Numbered from the stretch's first letter, positions 10,312 to 24,019 are shown. The stretch: 64,000 bases of DNA from Dipteris shenzhenensis (GCA_047967505.1 CM106538.1); one strand, 5' to 3'. Numbers and translations are program-made. Notes: a model not told the origin generated them from the letters alone.

Positions 10312-13300
10312 ATGGCTTCAAAGACTCACATAAAGGTGTTTAACTATGGATCATCTGAGAAGAAGCTTTTGGGATATGTTAGAGTGCTTGGTGACTCCAC
10401 CTATAGCATGATACGTAAGGAGATTATGCAAGATGGAATCATTAATGTTCCTTTTCATTTTGTTATCAAAGATGACAATGATGATGAAGGTTGCATACTA
10501 AATACAACACAAGAAGAACGTTGGAATGTTGAAGAGGATAGGTATGTTGGTATAAAGAGGTCTCTAAGTACGATTGTTGATGAGATCACACCATCAAAAC
10601 GTGTTTGCAGAACATCAGATAATATTCATAAAGAAGTTGATATTGTAAATGTTGATGAAAGAGGTGAGCATGTTTTTTGTAGTCATGGTTTAAACATGCA
10701 CAAAAGTAAACTTTTAGCAACGTCTATTCTTGAAGATTGGGATAGTCATTGTGAAAAAGTTCGCAAAAAATTGAGGCAGCGTAAGACACCTAGAGATGAT
10801 AAATTTGAGATCCTCACAGAGGATCTTAATGGAAAGCCTAAAGTTTGAATTTGGTGTGAAGAATGTGGAATGCCAGATGGATCAGGGTCCATTGAAGGCA
10901 AGCAATCAGCTTACACTTGCTTGTCTAATTTTCTAAGAACCCATATTCTAGAAAGCCAGAAACATCAAAAAAGATATGCTGCCAATCGAGGATTTATCAC
11001 TAAAGAAGCACCTCTTCGAAAAGATAGCATGAAGGACGCTCAGGATGATGTTGATGATGCAACAATAATTCTTGATGCTATTGAGGAAATGCACACTTTC
11101 AATAATTCTCATGAAGGTAATCTCCACTAGAAGGATTTAGAGATTTGAAGAGTCTTTCTTTTGTGAAAATTTTCATAAATAGGGTCAAAAAAATATTCTT
11201 CTGAAATTTTTCATTATCGAGTATGTTGCAAGAGCAAAGTTTGAGATAGTTGAAGCAACTTTGAATGACTACAAGGATAAAAATGATGTAAAAGTGGCAT
11301 GTGGATATGATGGAAAATGGTTGTTTTTGTGCCCTCGAGGTTCAGATCTACAAAAAATTTTATCAGAACATATCAAAGGAAAAGCTCACATCACTTCTTC
11401 CAGCAAGAAATCAATGGAGCCATGTCCAGTATTATCAAGGGTTGTTGGCCGTAGGAAGCATTTTGACAAAGATCCACAACAAACATCATTGGGAAGGTTC
11501 CTTGTACAAACAAAGGAGTTTAAAGTGTTGCAACCAAAATGTGGTGAGACAGAATCTCTTTTTGATTCCTTGACTGAGTCATTCTTATCTTCATCATCAA
11601 ATATAAATTTGTTGCGTTGGGGATTATGGCAAGCTAATGTTCATGTCAATGGTTGTGAAATTAATATTAAGTCATTTTTGATGGATCAAAAGATGGGGCA
11701 TGAATGGTTTTGTGAACCATATACAAAGGCCACTTTACATGATGGGAATATGGAATACAGGATAGATGGATGCTTCAAGCACATAAATTGTCTTCGTATA
11801 TCAATCATTGGAGTTCCATTTCAAGGTTTCTCATGTGAACACTGTAAGAAAATTTCAGGTTGTTCTGATTTTCGTATGAGATTATATAGGGAGAATCTTG
11901 CTGTTCAGAAGAGAGGAACCAGGAAAAGAGGCAAAGGAAGGCGGGTAGACTACCTGACAATTGAAGAGCTAAAAAATGCCACTTTTGAGTGTAGGAGAAG
12001 TTTGAATGAAGAAAAAAGAAGGCTGTGGTGGGCAACATCAAAAATTGTAATGCTGTCAGTCAAAGTCAAAACTTTGAAAGAATCAAGTTATGAATGTATA
12101 AATAGGAAAGATGTTCGACGCTTTTGTAATAACATAATTGAAGCTCATAGACAAGGAAAGTTTGGTGGAAAATCAGCCTTGTGGGAGTTTTTTCAAGAAG
12201 TGGCACAAAACATGTTACGGTCAAAGCAAGGACACGGGTTTAGTGACTCTACAAAAACCATATATGAAGTTATTAAGCTATGGGGTGGTCCAAGACTACA
12301 TGACTTCTTGAGTATAAACCTTGGAGGTCCATCTTTGTCTACCACTAGAAGGCAAGGAAGAAAAGAAATTGAATTTATTTGTGGTGAGCAGGAATACATA
12401 TTCGATGCTGTTGGGAAGATTTATATGGATGCAAAAAAAAGATATGGAGTCATTTCTATAGTTCCAATTATCATAGTGGAAGATGAGACAACCATTAAGC
12501 GTCGAATAAGGTAATTTTAGCTCTCTATGCATTCTACTTTTATCTATATCATCAAGATATTTATAATTGCTATGTTTGGAAATCTCTCAAAAAGATGAGG
12601 AAGTTATTAAACTCTATAATTGTGTTGTGTAGATGGAATGCAAAAGATGACACTCTTATTGGGTTTTGTGGAAAGAAAGGAGAATATCATCAATGCTCAT
12701 CAAATGACTCCATTGTTGTTGGTGAAGGCTCACAAGGATACTCGAATATTATAGATGCCTTTCAAAATCATATCATAGGTCATTATGCTAGACTTTTGAT
12801 TGTTAATCCTCTTCATGATCTTCTTCCATGATTGGCTTTGATTGTGCATTGCACATGCAATCGTTTTGATAGTGATTTTGTAAGGAACCAATGGAATCTT
12901 TTGGAGACCATGTGGAATGCAAACCTGAAAGATAAAGTTGGACCCATAATTGGACATGCTTCAGATGGAGATAGTAGAAGACGAAAGTTGATGCTTGAAG
13001 ACTATTTGGAGAAAAGCGAACAACCTTTTGCTATCAATTGGTGTGGATGGAATTTGAGAGCAAAAATTGTAGGAGGAAATGTGTATGGCCTTCATGATCA
13101 AGACTTTGTACACTGTGGAAAGAAACTTACAAGCCCACTTGATAGTCCTACTCGACAACTAGCAATTGGATGTGTTTGGATCACACTAAATCATGTATCT
13201 ATTGTTTACAATTCTTTTTCAATTGAGGAGCACAAGCTACGAGATGGAGATATTCAAAGGAATGATCGACAAAATTGGGGAGCAACTCAAAGGATTGCAA

Positions 13301-14781
13301 GTAGACAAGTACAGAAATGTTTGAGAAAACTTCAAAAAAAAGAAAGAAGTATGAAGGGGACTGAGGCCTATTTGATGATTGTTGCTGATTATATTGATAT
13401 TTTCTTGTCACCATATTTGATCTTGAAGGAGCGTGTGGTGCTTGCAGCCAAGGTAGTCTTTTTTTTCAAAATTTGGTGACTATGGATTCATCACCATCCA
13501 ACCTACACCTTGAAGAAAAATTTCATCAGTAAGGAGGCTTATACGGACTGCATGTTTTCTTGTCATTTTTTTGTATTGCTCATAAAGATGTTTCGAGATT
13601 TTTATCCTAATCTGAAGTGTCCACTACATCTTACCGGTTTTGATGCTGCTGAAATCTATTTTAGTAAAGTTGGAGGCATGATTGGGCAAGAAAGAGCATT
13701 TGATCTTGGAGATCTTCTACATAGCATTGGTAGCTTGAATAAAATTGCCATGCATGAGTGTTCTCAAAATGGTCTAACTTTCTCTAGGGCTCATAAAAAG
13801 CAAGAGCATATATGGAAACATTTGAACAAACAAGAAGGGATGATTGAAGAAAATCTAGGTGACTATGAGAGTGTTGTTTCTGATGAAAAGATGATTGATG
13901 CATTAAAGGAGGGCTTACAACAAGCTCACATACTATGCGAGTCTTTGGATTTGAAACCTAGCAAGGCTGAAGACTTGAAATGGTGGTTTCCACCTTGGCT
14001 GGATGCAGGGTCTACATGGTGTAAGCTAGATGCTGAAATGGGAGAAGCTGATGAGAATGATGACTTTGTGGAGCCATGTGGTGAAGAAGAAACTATGGAT
14101 GAGAATAGCAATGAAAGCGAAGAGGTTATTGCACTTAGTGAGATTAGACATGAAATTGATGACATTTTGAAGGAAACAAGAAACATGCCCCCTAAGAAAA
14201 ACATTAGCCCCATTGTAGAGGTGGACGGAAAGTTTATTTTCAAGTCAACATTGGTGAGCCAACTCAATGGATGTCCAACCTTGTCAAAAGATAGACTCAC
14301 AAGGGTAAAGCAAGGTGTTTACTTCAACCATGAAGCAAAAGCACAATCATCAAATGGAAATTTATTTGGCATAGGTTGTGACTGTGCTGTATACTTTCAT
14401 GATGACACAAAAGGACAAGGAAATCAACACATGAAAAGAAATGGCAAAGCTACAATCACGAGGAAGATGGATGCAACTCATGGTACATGGTACTTAGGAA
14501 GAGTTCAAAAGATGAGGAAGAAAATCAGAGGGAGGTACGTGGATTATAAGTGTGGCTTTGATTTAGCAGATAGGCCCCAAGGTTTGGAAGTTCAGCTTGG
14601 ATGGTATCAAAGGGCAAAAGGAGCACAAATGTTTACTTATGATTTGACAGACTTAAACATGGTGGACATTGAAACAATTATTGCATCAGCAAATTTGACA
14701 TATATTGTAAGAATAGACAAGTACCAGCTAGATGAGAATGACTACAAAGTCTTTAATGACTTCTTGAAAAGTGCTAGGTAA
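10312..14781 (+). pseudogene. P-element/THAP9-like DDE transposase, ~1400 aa, 3 predicted exons, three in-frame stops
   Basis: Predicted exons 10312-11116, 11235-12510 and 12633-14781 (GT-AG, phases compatible). Motifs in P-family order: IVEDETTIK, ASDGD, QDFVHCGKK, DRQNWGATQRIAS, DYIDIF, GFDAAEIYFSKVGG. N-terminal Cys/His zinc-finger-like motifs. Confidence 0.75.
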
Positions 14782-16297
14782 GTTTACTTTGCATTTTTCA
14801 TGCAAGATGAAACTTTCCAAAATGTCTTATAATGATCTACATCATCTAAGGATCATCCTTGGCTAATTTTGGTTTCAGATAATGATACGTCACATGTATC
14901 ACATAAGGAGTTGGGCTAGTTCTTGAGGCAAAATTCTACATTTTTTATAAGTCAAATACCTTAAGATAAACTTGAATACAAACTTTTCTTGAGATATAAT
15001 TCTATATTTTTTGTAAGTCGAGTAATTTAGATAAACTTGAGTGCAAACGTTTTCTAGCTTTATCTAACATTAATCATGAATTCTTGATTCTTATTCGTGA
15101 ATAAACAGGGCAATACTGGATGGAGGGTCAAATTTGGAAGCCAAGTGGCCTATTTAGGGCCCTCCCTTGGCTATAATCTTTACACTATAAACAAGACAAT
15201 TCCACATCCTCCATGTTATCCAGCTGAGGTCATTCAAGGATCCATCAATGAGGAGGAGAAGTCTGTGTAACAACCTTTAGTCTAGCTATCTCTAGCTAAT
15301 TTTTTGCCACGTCTAAGTCTAAGGTTTTGATTAAACTCTTGATGACAAGTCTTAGTTGTAACTTGTATCTATTTTTAGATATCAATATGCTTGTACTTTG
15401 GATTCAACTCTACCTTTTCATTTGGTACTTTTGATGAAATTTGGCTATAGCTTGTGAGCCTCGGTTCTGTGCTAGAGTCTAAATATCAAATTGAGCATCT
15501 AAATAGAATTTATCTACCAAATTGTGCAATCAATGCAAGTTTGATATGGATCTCATCGAAGCTTGAAACATCCCAAACCTCTAACTAAACCTTCATGTGA
15601 AATTCCATATTGAGTAGCAAAATATGGATTATAAAACTCTAAAGGACTACTAAAGGAAGAATAGACTATATCCAAAAAACTATGCATCCAATGTACAGGT
15701 GGTCTATGGCTTTCCTTAAATATCCACGCATTCCAATTCTATCTGCCAAAATAGCTCATTATTTTATTTACATATGGTCTCAAAATTGTGAGGGGAAGCA
15801 TGGGTCCTTCAAAAGTTTGAATTGAAATATAGTAGAAATGGAATAAAGGGTGCTTTCCAAACTGAAAAATTGTCAGATGCATTAATAATTAAGATCTAAA
15901 TTCAATAAAGAAGCTATAATATTTCATCATTCTACAAATTTTTCTTTTATATCATATGCATCTAGCATATGGTTTGGAAGTTAGGATATTCAAAAATTTA
16001 GAAAAAAGTGATGTAAATACATAAATATGAAAGCATGTAACTTAAAGAAAAGTAAAGCGACATAAATTGAGAAAAAGAAACGGATTGAGTGATAATAAGC
16101 TTAATAACTTTGTGCACTTAACATGATTAAGTTGCATGCCTTTATGATGAGATGTTAAACACTATCTTTTCCTAATATAGAGAGTGGCATATAGGCAACA
16201 TGATGCTAGTGCATGCATCATATTGAATATAAACACTTGCACTACATCAACATAATGCTACTACATGCATCATATTTAATATAAAAACTCCCATTAC

Positions 16298-16848
16298 ATT
16301 AACACAAGGTTAAAGTTTAAGCCATCTTCTTATAAGTTTGTGCCATTTTATTCATAGTTCAATTCAAGTTACTTCATGCAAATCTCTAGTAGGTAGTGAT
16401 AGTTTCGGAGCATGCAAGGGAAACAAAATTGGATAAGGTGGAGTAAATACATGATAATTTGAGAATTGAAAAGATCAAAAGTTGAAAATATGTTCTATTA
16501 GGTACTAGTATGGATGTAAAGCATGCATCTAGGCGACATACAATTTAAATGGTTTTATTCAATTATACAATAGATTAACACAAGGTTAAAGTTTAAGCCA
16601 TCTTCTTATAAGTTTGTGCCATTTTATTCATAGTTCAATTCAAGTTACTTCATGCAAATCTCTAGTAGGTAGTGACAGTTTGGGAGCATGCAAGGGAAAC
16701 AAAATTGGATAAGGTGGAGTAAATACATGAGAATTTGAGAATTGAAAAGATCAAAAGTTGAAAATACGTTCTATTAGGTACTAGTATGGATGTAAAGCAT
16801 GCATCTCGGCGACATAAAATTTAAATGGTTTTATTCAATTATACAATA
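16298..16848. repeat. 276-bp direct duplication in the right subterminal region of the DNA transposon
   Basis: ATTAACACAAGGTTAAAG... starts at 16298 and again at 16574; near-identical copies. Confidence 0.9.
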
Positions 16849-17075
16849 CAATTTCTCAAAAGTAGCATCTGTTTCAACTTACACTGAAATGTACAAGAGG
16901 AGGACAAAAAATATAGGCTTCTTAAATTTTGAATTTATTGAAGGGATATAATTATTGATCCAAAAATTCATAGTAGGGGTATATAAATAGATAAAATATG
17001 GTTACAGAGGGGTTTTTTAAATACCTTTCAAACGCACGTTGTATAGCTGGCTTATGTAAGGTGGAAGCCCCGAGG

Positions 17076-20000
17076 TGCCTACGAATTCTTCCACCAAAGT
17101 ACGATGGTCTTGTTACGGGGCTAAATACGCAGAATAGAAATCCGCCCAACTTTGAGGATTTCAGCGCGATGCTTCTGGAGGAGGAGATGTGTCAAAAGAC
17201 GAGGACTAAGAAGATTCACCTTTCTGGACCGGATCAAAGAAAGGTAAGGGTAAGGACTCTGGTAACCCATCTTCTTCTGATGATAAAAAGAGAAAGAAGA
17301 AGATCAAGTGCTTCTATTGCAACAAGGTAGGGCACAAGCAGAATGAGTGCCGAAAGAAGATTGCAGATGAGAAGAATGGAGTAAAGAAAGAGTCTAGCAA
17401 TAGCGCACAGGCAGTACCAATAGAGCTGTTTCTCGCAATTGAGGAGATTTGCACGGAGGCAATTCATGTACCTGCAGATGAACCTTGGATCATTGACAGT
17501 GGTGCATCGTGCCACATGACCAGTCGGAAGGATTGGTATACCTCTCTACAGCCGGTAGGGAATGGCATCATGGTAGCAGTCGGCAATGATGCAAAATGTC
17601 CAGCAAAAGGAAAAGGTACGATTGCTCTCAAGTCAGATGGAGTTGTAAAATAGTTGTCCGATGTCCTTTATGTGCAAGATATCAAAAGGAACTTGCTGTC
17701 TGTTTGTGCAATCACGGATTGGAACCTCAAAGTTTAATTCGATAAGAATGGTGCACAGATCCTGGATCTTCAAGGGAAGGTCATTGGTAAAGGTACATGG
17801 CACAACAACATTTACGAACTCTTAGCTTTCAGTGCTCGAGCAGATGTGAAGAACACTAAGCTGTGGCATGAGAGGTTTGGTCATCTAAACCTTAGTTCTT
17901 TGAAGGAGATGCATATGCATAAAAGTGGTATGATTGCAGACCTACCAGAAATTTTAGATTTGCTCGATGTATGTGAAGCTTGCATGATGGGCAAGCAGCA
18001 TCAACAGCCCTTTCCTAAAGAGGCCAGTAGGGCAAAGGCTCCTCTAGAGCTCGTTCACATGGACCTCTGTGGAAAGATGGAGACGGAAGCTTTGGGTGGT
18101 TTCTTCTACTTCATGACACTGATCGATGACTACAGTAGAAGGATATGGATATATTTCCAGAAGACGAAAGACGAGGCTTTTAGTAGGTTCAAGGAATGGC
18201 ATGTAATGGTCGCAAAAGAATAGGGAAGGTGAAGAAGCTAAGATCAGACAGAGGTGGAGAGTTCACATCGACTGAATTCAAAAGTTACTGCAAAAATCAT
18301 GGAATCAAGAGGCAGAAACCCCCGCCACATACATCACAGCAAAATGGAGTAGCAGAACACAAGATCCGCGTCATCTGTGAAATGGGTCGGAGTATGATGA
18401 AAGGGAAAGATTTGCCAAAGACTTTCTGGGTTGAAGCATGTAACACTGTAGTTTACATTCTCAATCGTAGCTACACGAAGGCTGTGAATGGGATGACTCC
18501 AGTGCAGGCCTTTTCTAGTAAGAAACCTTCAGCTGCACATTTTAGAGTTTTTGGATGTGATTGTTTTGTGCATGTCCTTGATGCTACCAGGACCAAATGG
18601 GAACCGAAGAGCCGGAAGTGTATTTTCTTGGGCTATAGTGAAGAGGCGAAGGGTTACCGTCTCTATAACCTTGTAATTAAGAAGGTAATTGTAAGTTGCG
18701 ATGTGGTCTTCTCAGAATAGCCACATCAATTGGAGGAGGATGCTTCCTTCCCGACAACTAGGACCAGGATATCCATCTAGTACCGCCACCAACAGCAGAC
18801 CGAACTCCCCCAACGGTGCTTGGGAGGATTCAAGACAAAGAAGATGAAGAAGAGTCTGCAGAACCACAACAGCAATGGCCATTCCTGAAGTGGTAAAAGC
18901 AGCTTTTGGATGGCAGAGAACCTCCAGCCATTGAGGAGGAACCATCCGAACACCACCGGTCCAAGAGATTAGAGGAGCAAAGAAGGGCGCAGGAACACTT
19001 GGTCAACTATGCTTTGATTACAGAAGTGATCCGTGCTGATGAACCCAAGTGTCTTGAAGAGGCACAAGGCAATGATAGGTGGATGGAGGCTATGCAGTCG
19101 GAGTATGGCTCCATAATGAAGAACAACACTTGGGACCTTGTGGATCGACCACCAAAATGCAAGGTAATCAGAACCAAGTGGGTGTACAAGACCAAGTACA
19201 AGTCCGACGGCACATTGGATAAGTACAAGGCTCGGCTCGTGGCAAAAGGATTTGCACAGGTACATGGTTTTGATTATCAAGATACTTTTGCTCCCATAGC
19301 TCGACTAATCACAATTTGCAGTGTTTTGGCTTGAGCTGCCCAGGGAAGTTGGCCCGTGTTTCAGATGGATGTGAAATCTACCTTTCTGAATGAAGATCTC
19401 AAGGAGGACGTATACGTGGAACAACCACCAGGTTTTGAGATCCCCAGTTCAGATGGTAAAGTCTGCAAATTGAAGAAGGCACTTTACGGGCTAAAATAGG
19501 TCCCACGAGCGTGGTACCAGCAAATTGATGCCTACTTTCTGCAAAATGGGTTCAAAAGGAGCCCATCTGATGCAAATTTATATATCTTCAGAGAAATAGG
19601 TAGGTGTATGATCGTGGTCCTTTATGTGGACGACCTTGTCATAATAGGGAACCATGAAGAGAAGATCTCGCAGACGAAGCATTTGCTAGGAAGAGAGTTT
19701 GAGATGACACTGATGCATTTTTGTTTGGGGATTGAAGTTTGGCAGGAGTCAAAACAGATCTTCATTTCACAGTTGAAGGCATTTGGCATGGCTGAGTGCA
19801 AGACAGTTGGTACCCCTATGGAGGTTGACGCGAAGCTCTCAAATGAGGATTCATCACCACTGGTGGATGAAGCGCAGTACAGAAGACTTGTGGGTAGCTT
19901 GATCTACTTGTGCAACACACGGTCGGACATCAGTTTTGCGACTGGTGTACTAAGCAGGTTTTCCAATAAGCCCCGGGAGAACCATTGGAGGGCAGGGATG

Positions 20001-20516
20001 CGAGTGCTAAAATACATCAAAGGCGCACTTGATTATGGCATCACCTATAACCAGGGCAACATCTTGACCGGATTCGTGACTTGGATTGGGTAGGAGACGT
20101 GGACAGCGGGAGATCAGTGACAGGGTACTGTTTCTCACTTGGATCTGGAGTTGTGTCATGGGTCAGCAAGAAGCAACCCATAGTTGCTCTTTCTTCTACC
20201 GAGGCCAAGTACAAATCTGCATGCTTTGCTTCTTGCGAGGCAGTGTGGTTGAGGAGGATTTTGGGGGACATGGGTGCAGTGCAGAACAAGCCTACGCAGT
20301 TATCAGAGTTGCATGGTGATTGCAAAGAACCCGATGTTCCACACTCGCACAAAACACTTTGAGATTCAATATCACTTTGTACGCGAGCTCATCATGGATG
20401 GAGAGGTTGACTTAGTGTACTGTCCGACGAATGATGCAGACATCTTCACGAAGGCTCTTGGAAGAGACTTGCTGGAGAGGCATCTTCATCGACTTGGCAT
20501 TGGGCCAAAAAAGTAA
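17076..20516 (+). pseudogene. copia gag C-terminus plus pol (protease, integrase, RT, RNase H), frameshifted
   Basis: Zinc knuckle CFYCNKVGHKQNEC, WIIDSGAS protease, LWHERFGH and ELVHMDLCG, LRSDRGGEF integrase, YKARLVAKGF and [23 protein letters not shown] RNase H. Confidence 0.95.
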
Positions 20517-20546
20517 GTTCACTTGCAGGTGGACATTGAGGGGGGG

Positions 20547-21276
20547 TGTTAGATATCAATGCTCCACTCTCGTGTAACTACGCGGGAACCAGGTAACTCT
20601 ACTTGTAAGCCCCCCATATGAGGAGAAGGCATTTGAGTAGCTCGGTTATCCGGTAGGTCCTGGTTTGGACACCAGATGGGGCCATGTGTGGCCTAATGGT
20701 TGGATGGCTTCAGATAGAGTTGGCACACTACCAACTAGGCTACATGCAAGTGCGGGAAGGCATCCCTTGACTGACCGCACTGAGGGTAGACGAAGCATTT
20801 CCCGGGGCAGCCCATCGGGTTGTGGGGCCCGTTTGAAGCCTTAGATGATCCCGGATGGCTCTAGGCCAAACGGCAACCGTAGGTTAGTTGCTCTGTTTTT
20901 TGCGCACCGGTTCTATCGTATGGTCGGTGGCCTATTTCAAGACCGACCCCTAGTTGACCATTTTGGGCAGACTGGGTCCGTCACCCAATTGAGCCTAACC
21001 GACTACGACTGGTGGCTATATAAGAGCAAGCCCGTGAAGCCCATTTCATCACTGGCTACAGCAACTGTGATTCCTTAGCATCCAGCCTCTGTCTTCTACT
21101 GTTTTCGGCACGCCATCAAAGCTTCTTTCACAGGAGCGCACGGTTGGGAGGCAGCGCCATCTATTGTATCAGTTCTATAGTAATCAAATTTTTGATTCTC
21201 CATACTATCTTGTTTTCTCTCTTGCGTACGAGATCCTGTTATCTATTGAGCATAGACGTTGTATTATTTTCTTACA
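20547..21276 (+). repeat. 3' LTR of copia copy B
   Basis: Follows the PPT; TG...CA; homologous to 1832-2525. Confidence 0.95.
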
Positions 21277-21722
21277 TAACCATGCTATCTAAACAATTCT
21301 TATATTTACATTTAGCTTGATAAGTATATGACCAAGCGTTGATTTTTATTGTGACTCTGATAACAAGGGAGGGGTGTTTATGACACCTATCTTCCCAACT
21401 AAAGTTAAAATTGGTTCTCACTATTTTGCTTGTTGGATGGTGGCAGGTATGCAGACTCCCCTCTTCAATAAAAGTGATGCTTGCCAAGACTTATCTAAGC
21501 TCAACTTCTATACAAATTCCATAAAGCCATTTCTACAAAAGTGCCCACTACGACTTTCCTTTATAAATAGGGTTTCACTGACTTGTACAAACTTTTCCCT
21601 GTTAATTAGTCCTATTTCAATGTCTTTCTTCGCTCTTTTGTCTTTTCACTATGCAAAGGGGTGTTGTAAAGTCTCCTCCCCCCCACACACACACATATGG
21701 TTAGCATCTGCAGTTGTTCCAG

Positions 21723-21725
<3 letters not shown>

Positions 21726-21789
<64 letters not shown>
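21726..21789. repeat. (CT)n microsatellite
   Basis: Pure CT run. Confidence 0.95.
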
Positions 21790-21791
<2 letters not shown>

Positions 21792-24019
21792 GGCATCCTG
21801 ATCAGGTAGCTGTACAGAATGAAAACTCCTATGAGAAAGTGTGCCAGCAATTATTTGCACCTTGATGATGCCAAGATGGAAGTGTCATCACCAAAATCCC
21901 TGTAAGGTCTTTCTATCCTTAATTGTTCATATGTTTTGTTGTATGGTTTTCTATGTAGGAAGTGCTAAGCATTTTGAATATCCTTGTCCCACTCCATTTT
22001 GCTATACAGTTGATGAATTGAGTACAGTGTACGAATTGATCAAGCAAGCTCCCGATACATTTAGGTGACACTACTCTCTTGTAGACTCAGTGGTTGTTGA
22101 TGACGTTCACTAGCAACCACATAAAGAGCAACAATATTTTCCTTAGCATGGTTCCCCCTGAGTTTTTGGATGAGTGTTGGCTACTTTATTGAAGAGTTTA
22201 CCAGGGATTCCGCCCAACAACGAGCTCACCACCAAGTTTGCAAAGTGCTTCACATTTGAAAAATCCAAAGTAGCCAAATATGACCTAGAAAGGCACCAAA
22301 TTGCCTAGGAAGTTTTTGGCAAAAATGTCTTGAAGATGGTTATGGCCCAAGTGGGTGGGAAGCTAAACAATTGGGGTGGGAAGCTAGACAATTGGGGGAA
22401 GGACAACAGTCAATAAAAGCTTACTTTAGTGCAAGAAGGTCAATGCCCATGTAGAAGGCTCCAAAATGCAAGCCTTTGCATGTCAAAGAGAAGAAGCTCA
22501 TACCACCTTTAGTAAAACATGTAGAGCTCATGGAGGCAATACTTGCGAGTGCAAAACTCAGCTTTGCTAGAAAGGAAGAAGCCTCAAGGACAACTAAACA
22601 TGAGTATGAAGAAAAAATAGATCCTTTGCTTTGGCTAAAAGGTGCTTCTAGTACAGCTTAATTGTTCTTTTCAAAGATGGAAATATTGAAAAAGCAGATG
22701 GTTGCAATACAAGCATCACTGCAGCCCGACTTGCGTGGCAGTCGAAAAGCTAGAGGCACAGTTACTTCAATATGTTGGAACATACTTAATGTGCTTCAAA
22801 GTACTTGAAAGTGCTTTAGAGTACTTTTTGAATGTGTTCCAAGGCACTTAACATGCTTTAAAGTACTTGAAAGTGTTTCAATCCACTTTGAAAACACTTT
22901 AAAGAACTATGTAGCTCTCATAAGCACTTTGCTTGATTTTCTCAATAATGCGTGCATAGTGAAATTCTTTATCTATTCCTTTTCTCTGATCATTTCTTAT
23001 ATTTAATATGCCCATGTAGAAAAGATATGAAGTTGCTATGACCACAATTGTAGATGCGGAGGGACAATATTTGTTATCACTTTCTATGGGGAATGTGTTT
23101 CTTGTGGCTTACTATTTAAGGGGGGTGAGAATGTGGTTGGTGTCTAAATGCTTGCATGTAAACACCAATGCCACCCTTTGTGCATTGCTAGCACAAGTAC
23201 ATCCATATCAACATGTGTGAATCCTGGCTAGCCAGACAAACCCAAAGCTTGCCTGCACGGCGGGTTTCTACCCAACCATCAATGTTTAGTGACTATCCTT
23301 GGGGAGAGAAGCTTGCACAGGAGTTTTCATTTGATGTACCAGAAGAGAGTGGAGCCAGTGGGGGTGGGGCAGAGAATGGAGAGTGTTACCAAGAAGGTGG
23401 AGGATAAGACGTCTCCATTCTAAACATGCTTTTTCAATGTGTTAGAAGCACATTAATGCATTTCAAAGTACTTGAAAGTGTGTTTATGCACCTCAAATTC
23501 CTTGGAAGGGATTCCAATCACTTGAAAGGGTTTTTTTTAATTGTTGTTTGTAGCACTTAAAAGCACTTAAATGTGCTAGCAAGCACATTTTAAAACTTAA
23601 AAGAACTTCAAATTCTAGGCACGTGAATTTTCTTTCAGTCATCTAAAGTGCTTTTTCAATGTGTTGGAAAGCACATTAATGCATTCTCAAAGTACTTGAA
23701 AGTGATTTCATGCACCTCATATTGCTTGAAAGTGCTTTGAAGTACTTTGAAGCACTTCAAAATACTTGAAAGTGCTTCAGTGTACTTCAATATACTTTAA
23801 CGTACTTAATGTGCTTCAAAGTACTTGAAAGTGCTTTAGATTTCTTTTTGAATGTGTTGCAAGGTACTTAACATGCTTTAAAGTACTTAAAAGTGTTTCA
23901 ATCCACTTTGAAAACACTTTAAAGAACTATATAGCTCTCATAAGAACTTTGCTTGATTTTCTCAGTAATGTGTGCATAGTGAAATTCTTTATCTAATCCT
24001 TTTCTCTAATCATTTCTTA

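Larger units (their letters stand above)
3098..17075 (+). mobile_element. ~14-kb cargo-carrying DNA transposon with P-element-like transposase
   Basis: TGCCTA is duplicated at 3092-3097 and 17076-17081. Imperfect TIRs: CCTCGGGGGGTCCATCT (3098-3114) versus reverse complement CCTCGGGGCTTCCACCT (17059-17075). Removing the element restores the copia gag frame, which matches the uninterrupted copy A at 1-31. Confidence 0.9.
1832..21276 (+). mobile_element. Ty1/copia LTR retrotransposon, copy B, full length but degenerate, interrupted by a 14-kb DNA transposon
   Basis: 5' LTR 1832-2525, PBS TGGTATCAGAGC 2526-2537, gag-PR-IN-RT-RH order, PPT GAGGGGGGG 20538-20546, 3' LTR 20547-21276. Confidence 0.95.

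Noticed and set aside
12955-13125. Assigning the transposase to Kolobok or Mutator because of SDGDS and DxxH
   Set aside because: There is no TTAA or 9-bp TSD, and the DE..I, RQN..A..S and D..E..FS..GG motifs fit the P family better. A profile search is still needed.
8687-13479. In-frame stops repaired by U-to-C RNA editing or readthrough
   Set aside because: The context is a nuclear transposon with spliceosomal introns; mutational decay is the simpler explanation.
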